This document shows positions 38,624-49,312 of a DNA stretch of 64,000 bases, in pieces. Position numbers and translations under genes: made by a program. The stretch comes from an uncultured Clostridium sp. (lineage in GTDB: Bacteria > Bacillota > Clostridia > Oscillospirales > Acutalibacteraceae): positions 53,468-117,467 of the forward strand of contig CATZNW010000002.1 of NCBI GenBank assembly GCA_958422185.1, in the 5' to 3' direction. Under the pieces are notes generated by a model that had not been told where the DNA came from, did no database searches, and worked only from the letters and a program-made list of their open reading frames with translations. The stretch's first letter is position 1. The number at the start of each line of letters is the position of its first letter.

Positions 38624-39223
38624 TTGAACGAAAAAGATACGAATAATGGAAAAAGGAATTTGCGAGCCGTTTTGCCTAAGCTGTTTTTTTCCACGCTTTA
38701 CATAAGTGCGTTTACCTTTGGCGGCGGATATGTTATCGTTACTCTTTTTAAGAAGAAATTTGTTGACGAATATAAGTGGATAGATGAAAAGGAAATGCTG
38801 GATCTTGTGGCGATCGCTCAGTCCGCGCCGGGCGCGATAGCGGTAAACGGCGCAATCGTAACGGGCTATAAACTCGCCGGGCTGGTCGGCGCGGCGGTGG
38901 CGGCGTTCGCAACGATCATTCCTCCGTTTGTTGTTATATCCGTTATTTCTGTTTTTTATGAGGCGTTTAAGAGCAATATCGTCGTTGCAGCCATGCTTGC
39001 CGGTATGCAGGCAGGCGTCGGCGCTGTCATAGCAAGCGTGGTCTACGATATGGCGCTTGATATTTTTAAACAGAAAAGTGCGGGCTCGGTAATCATTATG
39101 GCGTGCGCTTTTGCCGCGTCCTGCATCTTCAATGTAAATGTGGTGTATATCATTCTTGCATGCGCCGCCCTCGGCGTCATTAAAGCTCTTATCAACCGCA
39201 AAAAGGGGAGGGCGCAGAAATGA
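38624..39223 (+). CDS. Chromate transporter (CHR) family protein, half-size subunit 1
   Basis: FGGGYVIVTLFKKKFVDEYKWIDEKEMLDLVAIAQSAPGAIAVN. Confidence 0.85.
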   Translation: MNEKDTNNGKRNLRAVLPKLFFSTLYISAFTFGGGYVIVTLFKKKFVDEYKWIDEKEMLDLVAIAQSAPGAIAVNGAIVTGYKLAGLVGAAVAAFATIIPPFVVISVISVFYEAFKSNIVVAAMLAGMQAGVGAVIASVVYDMALDIFKQKSAGSVIIMACAFAASCIFNVNVVYIILACAALGVIKALINRKKGRAQK

Positions 39224-39792
39224 TCTATCTTGAATTGTTTTTCAGTTTTCTGCAGATCGGTCTTTTGAGTTTCGGCGGCGGTTATGCCTCTCTGCCTCTT
39301 ATTCAGGAGCAGGTCGTTTCAAAAAATCAATGGCTCACAATGAGCGAGTTTACCGATCTTATTACGATCTCCCAAATGACGCCCGGGCCTATCGCCGTAA
39401 ATTCCGCCACTTTCGTCGGCACCAAGATAGCCGGAATAGGCGGCGCGCTCTGCGCAACTGCCGGATGTATCCTGCCAAGCTGCATTATCGTAGCGATTCT
39501 TGCGAAACTCTATTTTAAGTACAGGGATCTGACGGTGATGAGCGATGTGCTTTCCGCTCTGCGCCCGGCCGTGGTGGCAATGATTGCTGCGGCCGGCGTT
39601 TCCGTACTTGTTTCCGCCTTCTGGGGCGAAGGCGCCGTCAGCCTTGCCTCCACAAAATGGGTGCTTGTTGCCGCTTTTGCCGTGTGCTTTGTCCTGCTGC
39701 GCAAAACAAAGCTCAATCCCGTACGGGTTATGGTCATAGCCGGCGTTATTAATACGGCGTATACCCTTATCTCAAATGCTGTTTTGCAATGA
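39220..39792 (+). CDS. Chromate transporter (CHR) family protein, half-size subunit 2
   Basis: FGGGYASLPLIQEQVVSKNQWLTMSEFTDLITISQMTPGPIAVN; 4-nt overlap with subunit 1. Confidence 0.85.
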   Translation: MIYLELFFSFLQIGLLSFGGGYASLPLIQEQVVSKNQWLTMSEFTDLITISQMTPGPIAVNSATFVGTKIAGIGGALCATAGCILPSCIIVAILAKLYFKYRDLTVMSDVLSALRPAVVAMIAAAGVSVLVSAFWGEGAVSLASTKWVLVAAFAVCFVLLRKTKLNPVRVMVIAGVINTAYTLISNAVLQ

Positions 39793-39861
39793 TTATAATT
39801 GATTATCAAAAAAAGAGCCTCTCTTTTTCAGGAAAGAGAGGCTCGCTTTCATTTTATAACG

Positions 39862-41265
39862 TTATTTTGTAAAGAAAGTCAGGAACGCTTTGTATGCCAT
39901 ATAAACATCTATCTTGCTGACCACCTCATACGGCGCATGCATGGAAAGCACAGGGACGCCGATATCGATCGTGTCAACGTCAAGATTTGCAACGTACATC
40001 GCAACGGTGCCGCCGCCGCCGGCGTCTACCTTGCCGAGTTCGCCGCTCTGCCATAAAACGCCGGTGTTTTCAAGCAGCGCCTTTACCCAGCTGACAAATT
40101 CCGCAGAAGCGTCATTCGTTTCGCTTTTGCCGCGGCTGCCGGTAAACTTGGTTACGCAAACGCCGTTGTTGATAAGGCTTGAATTGTTCTTTTCATAAGC
40201 GGACGCCCATGTGGGATCAAACGCAGCGTTTACATCCGCTGACAGGCATTTGCTGTGGCGCAGCACATCCCTGCCCTCACAGCCCTCAAGGCGGGCAAGA
40301 TCCTCAATAAAGTATTTAAGATAACTTGAATTCAGGCCGGTGTTGCCAACGCTGCCGATCTCTTCTTTATCCGTAAGCACGGTAATGGCGGTATATTCGG
40401 GAGCTTTGTCGATCTCCGTGACAGCTTCAAAAGCGGGGTATGCGCACACCCTGTCGTCATGGCCGTAGCCGCCGATCATGCTTCTGTCAAACCCAATGTC
40501 GTCAACGGTGAACGCGGGCACGAGCTCCAGTTCGGCGGAAAGGAAATCACGCTCAACAATGCCGTATTTTTCATAGAGAATGTTCAGAATGTTGAGCTTT
40601 ATCTTTTCGCTTTCCTCATCGTCTTTAAACGGACGCGAACCGATAAGCACGTTCATTTCCTCGCCCTTGATAAGTTCGTTCGGCTTCCTGGTGTACTGCT
40701 CAACAGCAAGGTGCGGCAGAATATCGGTTATGCAGAATTTCGGTTCGCCGGGGATCTCTCCCAGCTTTATATCAACATAGGAGCCGTCGTTCTTGCATAT
40801 CCTTCCGTGCAGAGAAAGCGGAATGGCGCTCCACTGGTATTTTTTTATGCCGCCGTAATAATGCGTTTTGAAGAAAGCCAGAGAGCCGTCCTCATAAACC
40901 GGGCACTGTTTCAGATCAACTCTTGGCGAATCGATGTGCGCCGCAACGATACGAACGCCCTCTTTTACAGGCCTTTTGCCTTTTACGCAAAGAATGATTG
41001 CTTTGCCTCTGTTTGAAACGTAGACTTTCTGACCGGGAGCGAGCGGCGCGCCAAATTCATCAAACTTTGAAAATCCAGCGGCGTTTGCAGCTTCCTCCGC
41101 CCATGCGGCAACCTCGCGCTCCGTTTTGTTGTGAAAAAGGAAACCCTTGTAGCCTTCGCAGAATGTGTCGCAAAGACGGATCTCTTCTTCACTCATAACG
41201 TCAATTCCGTTTTGCTTGTTGTTAAAAAGCAGCTTTTTCAGTTCTTTTGCACTTTTTTCACTCAT
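39862..41265 (-). CDS. M18 family aminopeptidase
   Basis: 467 aa with IVAAHIDSPR.., ..GGYGHDDRVCAY.., ..EEIGS.., ..SADV.. and GVPVLSMHAPYE metal-ligand blocks. Confidence 0.85.
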   Translation of the reverse strand: MSEKSAKELKKLLFNNKQNGIDVMSEEEIRLCDTFCEGYKGFLFHNKTEREVAAWAEEAANAAGFSKFDEFGAPLAPGQKVYVSNRGKAIILCVKGKRPVKEGVRIVAAHIDSPRVDLKQCPVYEDGSLAFFKTHYYGGIKKYQWSAIPLSLHGRICKNDGSYVDIKLGEIPGEPKFCITDILPHLAVEQYTRKPNELIKGEEMNVLIGSRPFKDDEESEKIKLNILNILYEKYGIVERDFLSAELELVPAFTVDDIGFDRSMIGGYGHDDRVCAYPAFEAVTEIDKAPEYTAITVLTDKEEIGSVGNTGLNSSYLKYFIEDLARLEGCEGRDVLRHSKCLSADVNAAFDPTWASAYEKNNSSLINNGVCVTKFTGSRGKSETNDASAEFVSWVKALLENTGVLWQSGELGKVDAGGGGTVAMYVANLDVDTIDIGVPVLSMHAPYEVVSKIDVYMAYKAFLTFFTK

Positions 41266-42830
41266 AATGATTCCTCCCTGAATAAATTGAGCTGTGAAAT
41301 GATATCTCTGCCGTCATTTATAACGGTAAAATCCGAATTTTCCTTAAAAAATTCCTCGCTGCGCTGGGACTTCATCCTTTGCAGCGCCTGCTCTTCCGTT
41401 ATGCCGTCGCGTTTCATTATTCTTTTCAGGCGTATATCTTCCGGTGCGGTCACGCTGAGCACCCTGGCGCAAAGTCTTTCCCCACCGCTCTCAAATAACT
41501 GCGGCGCGTCCAGCACGCAAGGGAATTTTGAATTGCTCTCGCACATTTCAAGTATTCTCGGGTGCATAATTTTATTCAGCTTTTCAAGCAGTTCTTTGTT
41601 TCCGAAAACTCTGTTCGCAAGCAGCTTTCTGTTCAGTATGCCGTCCTTAACGGTATCTTCCCCGAAATGTTCCGCAATAAGCGGCAGTATCGGTGATCCG
41701 TTTTGGGTTAATCTGCGTGAATAATGATCCGCGTCAACAATATTATATCCCATATCGCTCAGTTTTTTTGCTACGTAGCTTTTTCCGGCTCCCGTCTGCC
41801 CCGTCAGGCCTATAAGAAACGGCCTTTCAAGGTCTATAACACAGAATGCCGCCGCGCGGATAAGGCGGTTGTAAACCGCAAGCCCAACGCCGGAAAGTCG
41901 GGGGTTTCGGGCGTATACCTTTTTTGCTCCCAGTTCGTCAAGCTTTCGCAACGCGTCAAACAGTGCGTGGGACTGGCTCAGGTCATCGCCCTCCCTGCCG
42001 AATGTAACTTTCGGTATCGTGATTTGATCGCCCTCATAGCAAAGGGCAAAGGCGCCGTCCTGCGCGTTTACGAAACTTTCGTATTTTTCCTTTTGCGCGT
42101 TTACTATTATTATTTTCGCTTTGGGAGCGTAATGCTTGTATTTCATACCCGGGGACGCCGCTGTTTCGCCGTCTGCCATGCCTTCTGTAACAGCGCGCGC
42201 AATATCCACACGGCCTATTACCTCGCTCAGCATTTCCCGCGTAATCGCTCCGGGACGCAGGATAGTCGGGATCTCGCCAGCAAGGGTCAATACGGTGGAT
42301 TCGATTCCGAACTCGCTGCTGCCGCCGTCTATAACGGCGTCTATCCTGCCGCGCAGGTCTTCAATAACGTATTTTGCGTTCGTAGGGCTCGGCAGTCCGC
42401 TTGTGTTGGCGCTCGGCGCCGCTACCGGCACGCCTGCCGCTTTGATAAACGCCCTCGCAACAGGATTCTGCGGCATTCTTATGCCAACCGTATCCAGGCC
42501 GCCGCTCACAACTTTGCCTATCTTGCCGCTCTTCGGCAGGATTATGGTAAGCGGGCCGGGGAAGAACGCATCCATAAGTGCCCTTGCCGTCGGCGTAACT
42601 TCTTTCACGAGCGGCAGAATGTCCTCTTTCTCCGCAATGTGAACAATCAGCGGGTTATCGCTCGGTCTGCCCTTTGCCTCATATATCTTAGAAACGGCTT
42701 CGTCGCTCAGCGCATTCGCGCCCAGTCCGTACACCGTTTCGGTAGGAAAGGCAACAAGTCCGCCGCGGCGTATGATCCCGCCCGCAGCCGCAATGTTTTC
42801 ACTTGTAGGTTTAAAGATCTTCGTTTCCAT
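41262..42830 (-). CDS. Fusion protein: L-threonylcarbamoyladenylate synthase (Sua5/TsaC, YrdC plus Sua5 domains) joined to dephospho-CoA kinase (CoaE)
   Basis: The N-terminal ~335 aa carries GGLVAFPTETVYGLGANA..KGRPSDNPLIVH..RMP... The C-terminal ~185 aa carries LIGLTGQTGAGKSYVAKKL..VDADHY.. (Walker A). It is a single uninterrupted 522-codon ORF. Confidence 0.85.
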   Translation of the reverse strand: METKIFKPTSENIAAAGGIIRRGGLVAFPTETVYGLGANALSDEAVSKIYEAKGRPSDNPLIVHIAEKEDILPLVKEVTPTARALMDAFFPGPLTIILPKSGKIGKVVSGGLDTVGIRMPQNPVARAFIKAAGVPVAAPSANTSGLPSPTNAKYVIEDLRGRIDAVIDGGSSEFGIESTVLTLAGEIPTILRPGAITREMLSEVIGRVDIARAVTEGMADGETAASPGMKYKHYAPKAKIIIVNAQKEKYESFVNAQDGAFALCYEGDQITIPKVTFGREGDDLSQSHALFDALRKLDELGAKKVYARNPRLSGVGLAVYNRLIRAAAFCVIDLERPFLIGLTGQTGAGKSYVAKKLSDMGYNIVDADHYSRRLTQNGSPILPLIAEHFGEDTVKDGILNRKLLANRVFGNKELLEKLNKIMHPRILEMCESNSKFPCVLDAPQLFESGGERLCARVLSVTAPEDIRLKRIMKRDGITEEQALQRMKSQRSEEFFKENSDFTVINDGRDIISQLNLFREESL

Positions 42831-42865
42831 TTATATGCCCTCAGTTTTTATTGTTCCGGGCTGAA

Positions 42866-43945
42866 TCAGATCTCCTCGGCACCGGCTTTCAGTTTTTCGG
42901 CGGTGTCCGCCGTAATAAGCGCGTCTATCAGTTCGTCAAGGTCGCCGTTTAAGATCTGCTCAAGCTTGTAGAGCGTAAGCCCTATGCGGTGGTCCGTTAC
43001 CCTGCCCTGTGGATAGTTGTATGTTCTGATCCTTTCTGACCGGTCTCCGGTTCCTACCTGTGCTTTCCGCTCACCGGCTATCTCCGCGTCGTGCTTTGCC
43101 TTTTCCATATCATAAAGGCGGGAACGTAAAACTTTAAGCGCTTTTTCCTTGTTCTTGTGCTGGCTTCGTTCGTCCTGGCACTCAACCACTGTGCCGGTGG
43201 GAATATGTGTTATCCTGATAGCGGAAGAGGTCTTGTTTATGTGCTGGCCGCCCGCGCCGCTGGAGCGGAAGGTGTCTATCTGCAGATCTTTTTCGTTCAG
43301 CTCAAAATCCACTTCTTCCGCCTCCGGCAAAACGGCAACGGTAACGGTTGAGGTGTGTATGCGTCCCTGGCTCTCTGTTTCGGGCACGCGCTGCACTCTG
43401 TGCACGCCGCTCTCAAACTTAAAGCGGCTGTATGCCCCGTCTCCGTCTATTGAAAAGCTTATCTCCTTGTAGCCGCCGAGCCCTGTTTCATTTGCGTTCA
43501 TGATCTCGGTTTTAAAGCCCTTTGTTTCCGCATACATGGAATACATCCTGAAGAGGACACCGGCAAAAAGCGCGCTCTCCTCGCCGCCGGCGCCGCCGCG
43601 TATCTCAATAATAACGTTTTTATCGTCGTTAGGGTCGCGCGGCAGCAGTAAAACTTTTAATTCTTCTTTTATCTTTTCTTCCTTTTTTTTGCTCTCCTCA
43701 AGTTCTTCCTTTGCCATTGCGGCAAGCTCTTCGTCCGCCTCCGGATCATCCAGCATCTCGCGGCTGTCCTCGCAGCTTTTAAGCACTTTTTTGTATTCCC
43801 TGAATTTTTCAACAACGGGCGTAAGGTGCTTCAATTCCTTCATAAGCGCTGTGTATTTCTGCATATCGGAAACAACTTCCGGCGTGCAGACAAGTTTGTT
43901 TATTTCGTCAAATCTTTTCTCGACTTCCGTCAGCTTTTCAAACAT
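42866..43945 (-). CDS. prfA: Peptide chain release factor 1
   Basis: [17 protein letters not shown] and [11 protein letters not shown] (GGQ motif). Confidence 0.96.
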   Translation of the reverse strand: MFEKLTEVEKRFDEINKLVCTPEVVSDMQKYTALMKELKHLTPVVEKFREYKKVLKSCEDSREMLDDPEADEELAAMAKEELEESKKKEEKIKEELKVLLLPRDPNDDKNVIIEIRGGAGGEESALFAGVLFRMYSMYAETKGFKTEIMNANETGLGGYKEISFSIDGDGAYSRFKFESGVHRVQRVPETESQGRIHTSTVTVAVLPEAEEVDFELNEKDLQIDTFRSSGAGGQHINKTSSAIRITHIPTGTVVECQDERSQHKNKEKALKVLRSRLYDMEKAKHDAEIAGERKAQVGTGDRSERIRTYNYPQGRVTDHRIGLTLYKLEQILNGDLDELIDALITADTAEKLKAGAEEI

Positions 43946-43958
43946 AAATTACCTCTGA

Positions 43959-44729
43959 TTATCTTTTTAATAGACTGTAAAACCGGGCGGTCTTTTCTTT
44001 TCTTATCTCTTCGTTTTCTGCTGAATCAATAAATTCTATGTTTCCTGCCGTGCCGCCGTCGTTTAAAATATCGTTTTTTTGCAGCAGGTATTTGAGCCGC
44101 TTTGCTATTCCCGGCGCGCCGTCAAAAAAATGAACATCGCCCAGAACCGCCGTTATCTCATTTTTAGCAAGAGGATAATGCGTGCAGCCAAGCACAACAT
44201 TCTGCACCTTGCCCCTGTATGGCGCAAGGGCCTTTTTCAGATGATCAAGCACCTCTTCTTCATTGCCCTTTTCAATCAGATCCGCAAGGCCGGGGCAGGA
44301 ATGAATACTTGTTTTGTGATCGTAATAAGAATAATAAAGGCGGCGGAATTTTTCGCTCTTGATCGTGCCTTTCGTTGCCATGATCAGCGTTGCGCCTTTT
44401 GGATTTTCATCGTGAACCACTTTGTATGCAGGTTCTATGGCAGCGACGGGAATCCCGGGAAACCGGGCGCGCAGGCTCTTTGCCGCCTTTGCGGAGGCGG
44501 TGTTGCAGGCTATAACGATCGCCTTGCAGTGCTTTTCCTTTATCAGAAAACGGGTGATCTCCGCCGAGCGCGCGATTATTTCGCCGTCGCTCTTATCGCC
44601 GTAGGGATTGTTTTTTGAATCACTGAAAAAAACATAATTTTCACTGGGCAAAAGGCGCAGTGCTTCTTTAAGAACCGTAACGCCTCCGATGCCGGAATCA
44701 AAAAATCCAACCGGGTCATATGAACTCAA
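43959..44729 (-). CDS. murI: Glutamate racemase
   Basis: GFFDSGIGGVTVL..IACNTASA..LGCTHYP. Confidence 0.94.
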   Translation of the reverse strand: MSSYDPVGFFDSGIGGVTVLKEALRLLPSENYVFFSDSKNNPYGDKSDGEIIARSAEITRFLIKEKHCKAIVIACNTASAKAAKSLRARFPGIPVAAIEPAYKVVHDENPKGATLIMATKGTIKSEKFRRLYYSYYDHKTSIHSCPGLADLIEKGNEEEVLDHLKKALAPYRGKVQNVVLGCTHYPLAKNEITAVLGDVHFFDGAPGIAKRLKYLLQKNDILNDGGTAGNIEFIDSAENEEIRKEKTARFYSLLKR

Positions 44730-44911
44730 AGCGTTTCATCCTTTTTCTTTTTTATGCTTTTAAGCGCCTTTATGCGCGGCACCATTACCTCTCGTCCGCA
44801 TCCGGCGCATTTCAGTTTAAAATCAACGCCTACCCTTACGATCTCAAACTCCCGGCTGCCGCAGGGGTGCGGCTTTTTCATTATAACTGTATCGCCAACA
44901 TTGTAATCCAA
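44726..44911 (-). CDS. DUF951 family small protein
   Basis: VGDTVIMKKPHPCGS.EFEIVRVG.DFKLKC..CGR.VM..R. Confidence 0.8.
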   Translation of the reverse strand: MDYNVGDTVIMKKPHPCGSREFEIVRVGVDFKLKCAGCGREVMVPRIKALKSIKKKKDETL

Positions 44912-45136
44912 AAAATCACCCGCAACGCGCTTTTTTGCGCTTCTGAACTTTATTAATAAAGTATTTTAGCACATATTTATTCTATTTACAACATAATCGC
45001 CGTTAAATTTGCATACATTTAAAACAGACAATATTAAGGCGCATTAAATCAAGATCCGCCCTGCGAACAGCATATGAAAACACGGAGAATAGCGGAGCAG
45101 GCAGTAAAAACGCGCCGTTTAAAGAGAGTGAATGTT

Positions 45137-46048
45137 ATGAAATTCTATCCGGAAGGGCAAAATACGCAGCTTATGCGCACTTTTGATACGCTGGAGGACG
45201 TTAAGATCGCTATGATGAACGGAAACGTAATCGAATCCAGGGTCCTTATGTGCGACAGCGAACATAACCTGCATGTTGATCTTGGTATAATAAAGGGAGT
45301 GATCCCCCGGGAGGAGGGCGCCATCGGGATAGATGACGGCTCTACCCGCGATATTGCCCTCATCTCAAAGGTAAACAAACCGGTGTGCTTTATCATTTTA
45401 GGCTTTCAGCGTGACGACCGCGGCAATATAAGCGCCATATTGTCACGTAAGGCCGTGCAGCTCGGCTGCAAAAAGAATTTTATAGATCATCTTGTGGAGG
45501 GCGATATTATAGACGCGCGCGTTACCCATCTTGAAAAATTCGGTGCGTTTATTGATATCGGCGCCGGCATAAATGCGCTGATCCCTATTGACATGCTTTC
45601 CGTTTCACGCATAAATCATCCGCGGGAAAGAGTGTATGAGGGAGAGTGCATAAAGGTGGTTCTTCGCAAGCGCGAGCCGCACAAGCTTACGTTCTCGCTT
45701 AAAGAGCTGCTGGGCACCTGGAGCGAAAACGCAATGATGTTTGAGCCGGGAGAGACTGTAACGGGCACTGTACGAAGCATAGAAACATACGGTGTTTTCG
45801 TTGAGCTGATGCCGAATCTGGCAGGGCTGGCAGAGCCGTGTGATTACCTTTTTGAGGGGCAGCGCGTGGCGGTCTATATAAAATCCGTTCTGCCGGATAA
45901 AATGAAGATCAAACTCGTTATAGTGGAGGCGTTTGAGGAGGCGGATATGGCACAGGAACTTACATATTTTGTGAATTCGGAACATATAGACCGCTTTGAT
46001 TACTCGCCGCCCGGCGCGCCAAAGGTCATCTCCACTGTGTTTGATTAA
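45137..46048 (+). CDS. S1 RNA-binding domain protein
   Basis: S1 motifs GDIIDARVTHLEKFGAFIDIG and GETVTGTVRSIETYGVFVEL. An internal ATG preceded by AGAGAG was chosen as the start. Confidence 0.8.
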   Translation: MKFYPEGQNTQLMRTFDTLEDVKIAMMNGNVIESRVLMCDSEHNLHVDLGIIKGVIPREEGAIGIDDGSTRDIALISKVNKPVCFIILGFQRDDRGNISAILSRKAVQLGCKKNFIDHLVEGDIIDARVTHLEKFGAFIDIGAGINALIPIDMLSVSRINHPRERVYEGECIKVVLRKREPHKLTFSLKELLGTWSENAMMFEPGETVTGTVRSIETYGVFVELMPNLAGLAEPCDYLFEGQRVAVYIKSVLPDKMKIKLVIVEAFEEADMAQELTYFVNSEHIDRFDYSPPGAPKVISTVFD

Positions 46049-46104
46049 ACGCCGGTCTTTTACGCTTAAAACTCCATTTTTTATTTGCTGAAACGCGGCT
46101 GCAG

Positions 46105-46146
46105 AAAACCCGCCTGACCGTTATGACTGTCAGGCGGGCTTTTTTG
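46105..46146. terminator. Bidirectional terminator between the S1-domain gene and the YfhO-family gene
   Basis: AAAA-CCCGCCTGAC-cgttatgact-GTCAGGCGGG-CTTTTTT. Confidence 0.85.
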
Positions 46147-46155
46147 CGGATTTAT

Positions 46156-48969
46156 TTATTTTTGCAGATCTTTCTCTTTTTTGAGTTTCCTTTGAGTCAA
46201 CACGACTACCGCGGCAAAAACGGCTGCGCCTGCAATACTTACCGGCAGCGAATACAGCAGGATCCTGTTTTCATATTTAAGTTCAATGCTGTGCTCGCCT
46301 TCCGAAAGCGCAACGGCGCAGAAAGCGCTGTCCGCTCTGTGTATCTCCGCCTCTTCTCCGTCAACATAGGCTTTCCAGTTTTCGCTGTACGGAATGGAAA
46401 GATAAAGCCATTTGCTGCCGCTTACCGTTATGGTGCCGCTGATGCTGTCGCAGCCGGTTTCCACGTTTTGCAGGGTCTCTCCGCCAAGGCGGTCCGTAAG
46501 GCTGTCATACTCGTTCATAGGTACGCTCAGAACGCTCAGCGAGTCAAATTCATAAACGCCCTTTTTGAAGGATATTTTCAGTTCCTCAGGCGCATTTTGG
46601 CAGTAGCCCAGATTTAGGATATGATCAAATATACCGGTGAAATAATCGTTGAATGCCGTGTAGATCTGAAACGATTCCCTGCGTGAATCTGCGCTTACGC
46701 TTACGCCAACGCTGCTTTCGGGGGCAAAGATCTTTCTTAACGTGTCGCTTTCTGCGCCGTGAACGGATTCCCCTCTCTGCGCTTTTTCGTAATCATCCGT
46801 ACTCAGCGGTGAATAGCGGATATTCTGAGCGTAGAAATACAGCTGGCTGTTTGGGGCTATCTTTCCGTTTACTGTAAGACCGATCTCCGTATTGTCCTCT
46901 GCAACGTAAATCTTGTTTCCGTCAAGAACAACTCCCGGCGTGTCTTCAAGCGAAACGGCGATCTCGCCGCATTTGTCCTGATAGTCCGCTGCAGACGCCG
47001 TGCCCTGTGTGTCCGTATCGTTCAAAACAAGGGAATCAAGCAGCGCAAGGCGCTTTTCAGCGGGATTCAGTTTATCGTATTCAGATTTGGAAAGCGTTTT
47101 TTCATATGTAAAGCCGAACGGAACATACGCTTCATTTTCATAAACGCCGTATTCATCCGCATTGGTGTAAATAACGCTTGCAACCGGCTTGTTATCTGCG
47201 GCATAATAAGTGCTGTTTGTGTTTTTGGAAACCATATAGCGTGCGTTTAACACAACATTCAGAAACGGATCCCACCGGGTGTCGTTTATTCTTGAAAGGT
47301 TACCGTTGATCAGCCCCATATCCTGCTGAAATTCAACAATATTTGCATCTATCATGCTGAGATACGCGCTTGTGGAATACGCCCCGTTTATCATGGATTC
47401 GTTGTAATCGCTCATGGGGATGCCGAGCGGAACGTATCTGCTTATTCCTGCGTCTCCGCTCTGGATACCGGCTATCTGAGCCGTGCGTTTTCCGTTTGAG
47501 TATTCGCGCGCTTCCTTAAAGGTCATGAACGAGTCTACATATTTTGTTTCGCTCGGGCTGAAAAAGTAAAATCCGTTTACAAAAACAGCCGCCGCCGCAA
47601 GCACGCAAAGCGCTCCTTTAAATACCGCGCCGATCGCTTTTCTGTTTATGTTTTTGATGATGAGCGGTGCGGCGGAATAAGCAAGGCACAGCAGCGCAAA
47701 GGCAAAGAATACAGCGCAGGAAATCAGGTTTTCCGTACTGTTAAGGGTCTTCAGATAAGCCATGATACCGGTTGAAACCGCGGCTGAAACAACAAGAAGG
47801 ACAGATTTTTTTACGGTGATATTTTTCAGATCTCCGGCACACTTTGCAAAAGTGTATGCGCAAAGCAGGCCATAGACCCAGCTCCATCTGTTTACAACAT
47901 ATGAAAATCCGTTAATGACCATTCCAAAGGCCGGGAGCATAACCATAACGGTAACGACAACAAATGCTGCTTTAAGAAAGCCGTTTTTCTTTCTTCCCGC
48001 AAACAGCAGCACCGCGCCGCCGGCGGAAAGCGCCGTAAAGCCGAAATATGTGTTGTTGCCTATCATCTGGGTGTTAAAAAACGCGCTCAGAAAGTTTTTG
48101 TAAAAATCCTTGTTGAACAGGATGCCGAGCCCGTAATCGACCTGCCCCCTTGAAGCGGAAAAGAAAGCTCCCACAAGCGGGAAGAATATGACCGCCGCCA
48201 TAAGAACGCCCAGGATATAGGAGCCGCCGAACTTCCACAGGCTTTCAAAAAAGCCTTTGAAAAATCTTTTGCCGTACACAAAAAAGATTCTCAGGAAGAT
48301 ATAAAGCACGGTGAAGATGGAGATAACATAAAAATAATAAAAACAGCTTACTGCCGAAAGGAATATGCTCAGGATAAAAACATATGGCTGTTTTTTATCA
48401 AATATCATTTCCGCGCCCAGTATGATGAGCGGAAAATATATCATCGGATTCAGAAACGACGGATGTCTTATCGCCATATACATGGAATATGCGGTAAATA
48501 CATACATGACCGCGCCGGCAGCAGAGGTAAGCCGGGGCAGCTTTTTGTACTTTGCAAGCGCCATAAAGGCAAGTCCGGCAAGATAATATCTGAGCGCCAT
48601 TATGAGCGTGTATGCATATGACGCGTATTCTTTCGGAACAAGCGCGGAAAGCAGGTTGAGCGGATCGCCTATCGTGTAATACTGAAGAGACTGAAGAATG
48701 TCCGAGCCGAGCCCGATTGAAAAATCAAACTGCGGTATTGCCGGGTTCCCGGAAAAAATGCTCTGAAGGATCCCTCTTATGTATTCGCCGTAGTATACGA
48801 AAGCTGTGAAATGCTGCGCAGTGCCGTCCGGTTCCCAGATAAAAGACGTTCTGTTTTGCAGAAACGGCAAAAATACGGCGACCGCGGTAACAAAGATCAA
48901 AACAGTATAAATGAAAAACCCTGATGAAAAGAAGTTTTTTGCCCTTGCGGCTGCAGAAGTTTTTTTCAT
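46156..48969 (-). CDS. YfhO family polytopic membrane protein (putative extracytoplasmic glycosyltransferase)
   Basis: 937 aa: about 14 N-terminal TM helices, a large extracytoplasmic domain and a C-terminal TM helix, which is the typical YfhO architecture. Confidence 0.8.
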   Translation of the reverse strand: MKKTSAAARAKNFFSSGFFIYTVLIFVTAVAVFLPFLQNRTSFIWEPDGTAQHFTAFVYYGEYIRGILQSIFSGNPAIPQFDFSIGLGSDILQSLQYYTIGDPLNLLSALVPKEYASYAYTLIMALRYYLAGLAFMALAKYKKLPRLTSAAGAVMYVFTAYSMYMAIRHPSFLNPMIYFPLIILGAEMIFDKKQPYVFILSIFLSAVSCFYYFYVISIFTVLYIFLRIFFVYGKRFFKGFFESLWKFGGSYILGVLMAAVIFFPLVGAFFSASRGQVDYGLGILFNKDFYKNFLSAFFNTQMIGNNTYFGFTALSAGGAVLLFAGRKKNGFLKAAFVVVTVMVMLPAFGMVINGFSYVVNRWSWVYGLLCAYTFAKCAGDLKNITVKKSVLLVVSAAVSTGIMAYLKTLNSTENLISCAVFFAFALLCLAYSAAPLIIKNINRKAIGAVFKGALCVLAAAAVFVNGFYFFSPSETKYVDSFMTFKEAREYSNGKRTAQIAGIQSGDAGISRYVPLGIPMSDYNESMINGAYSTSAYLSMIDANIVEFQQDMGLINGNLSRINDTRWDPFLNVVLNARYMVSKNTNSTYYAADNKPVASVIYTNADEYGVYENEAYVPFGFTYEKTLSKSEYDKLNPAEKRLALLDSLVLNDTDTQGTASAADYQDKCGEIAVSLEDTPGVVLDGNKIYVAEDNTEIGLTVNGKIAPNSQLYFYAQNIRYSPLSTDDYEKAQRGESVHGAESDTLRKIFAPESSVGVSVSADSRRESFQIYTAFNDYFTGIFDHILNLGYCQNAPEELKISFKKGVYEFDSLSVLSVPMNEYDSLTDRLGGETLQNVETGCDSISGTITVSGSKWLYLSIPYSENWKAYVDGEEAEIHRADSAFCAVALSEGEHSIELKYENRILLYSLPVSIAGAAVFAAVVVLTQRKLKKEKDLQK

Positions 48970-49044
48970 TTTCAGCTACCACTCCTCTATTGAAATCCTG
49001 TATATTAAAAAGAAAAGCCATTCATTAACTCAATGAATGGCTCA

Positions 49045-49120
49045 TGGAGCGGATTACGAGACTCGAACTCGCTACCTCCACCTTGGCAAGGTGGCGCTCT
49101 ACCGGATGAGCTAAATCCGC
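49045..49120 (-). tRNA. tRNA-Gly (anticodon GCC), CCA encoded
   Basis: Reverse complement: GCGGATTTAGCTCATCCGGTAGAGCGCCACCTTGCCAAGGTGGAGGTAGCGAGTTCGAGTCTCGTAATCCGCTCCA. It folds as a cloverleaf with anticodon loop TTGCCAA. Confidence 0.95.
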
Positions 49121-49312
49121 AAACAACAATAGCAGTATACAAAAAGAATTAAGATTTGTCAAGTAGATCTATTAAATTTTTAATATTGCGGTATAAAAAT
49201 AGCCGCCTGCATACGGGGTTTTTCTTCAGAAATAAATTTCTATTTACTTTGCCCGCCCTTTTTGCTAAAATTATTATGTGTAACTATGCAAAAATGAATT
49301 CAGGGGAATTTT

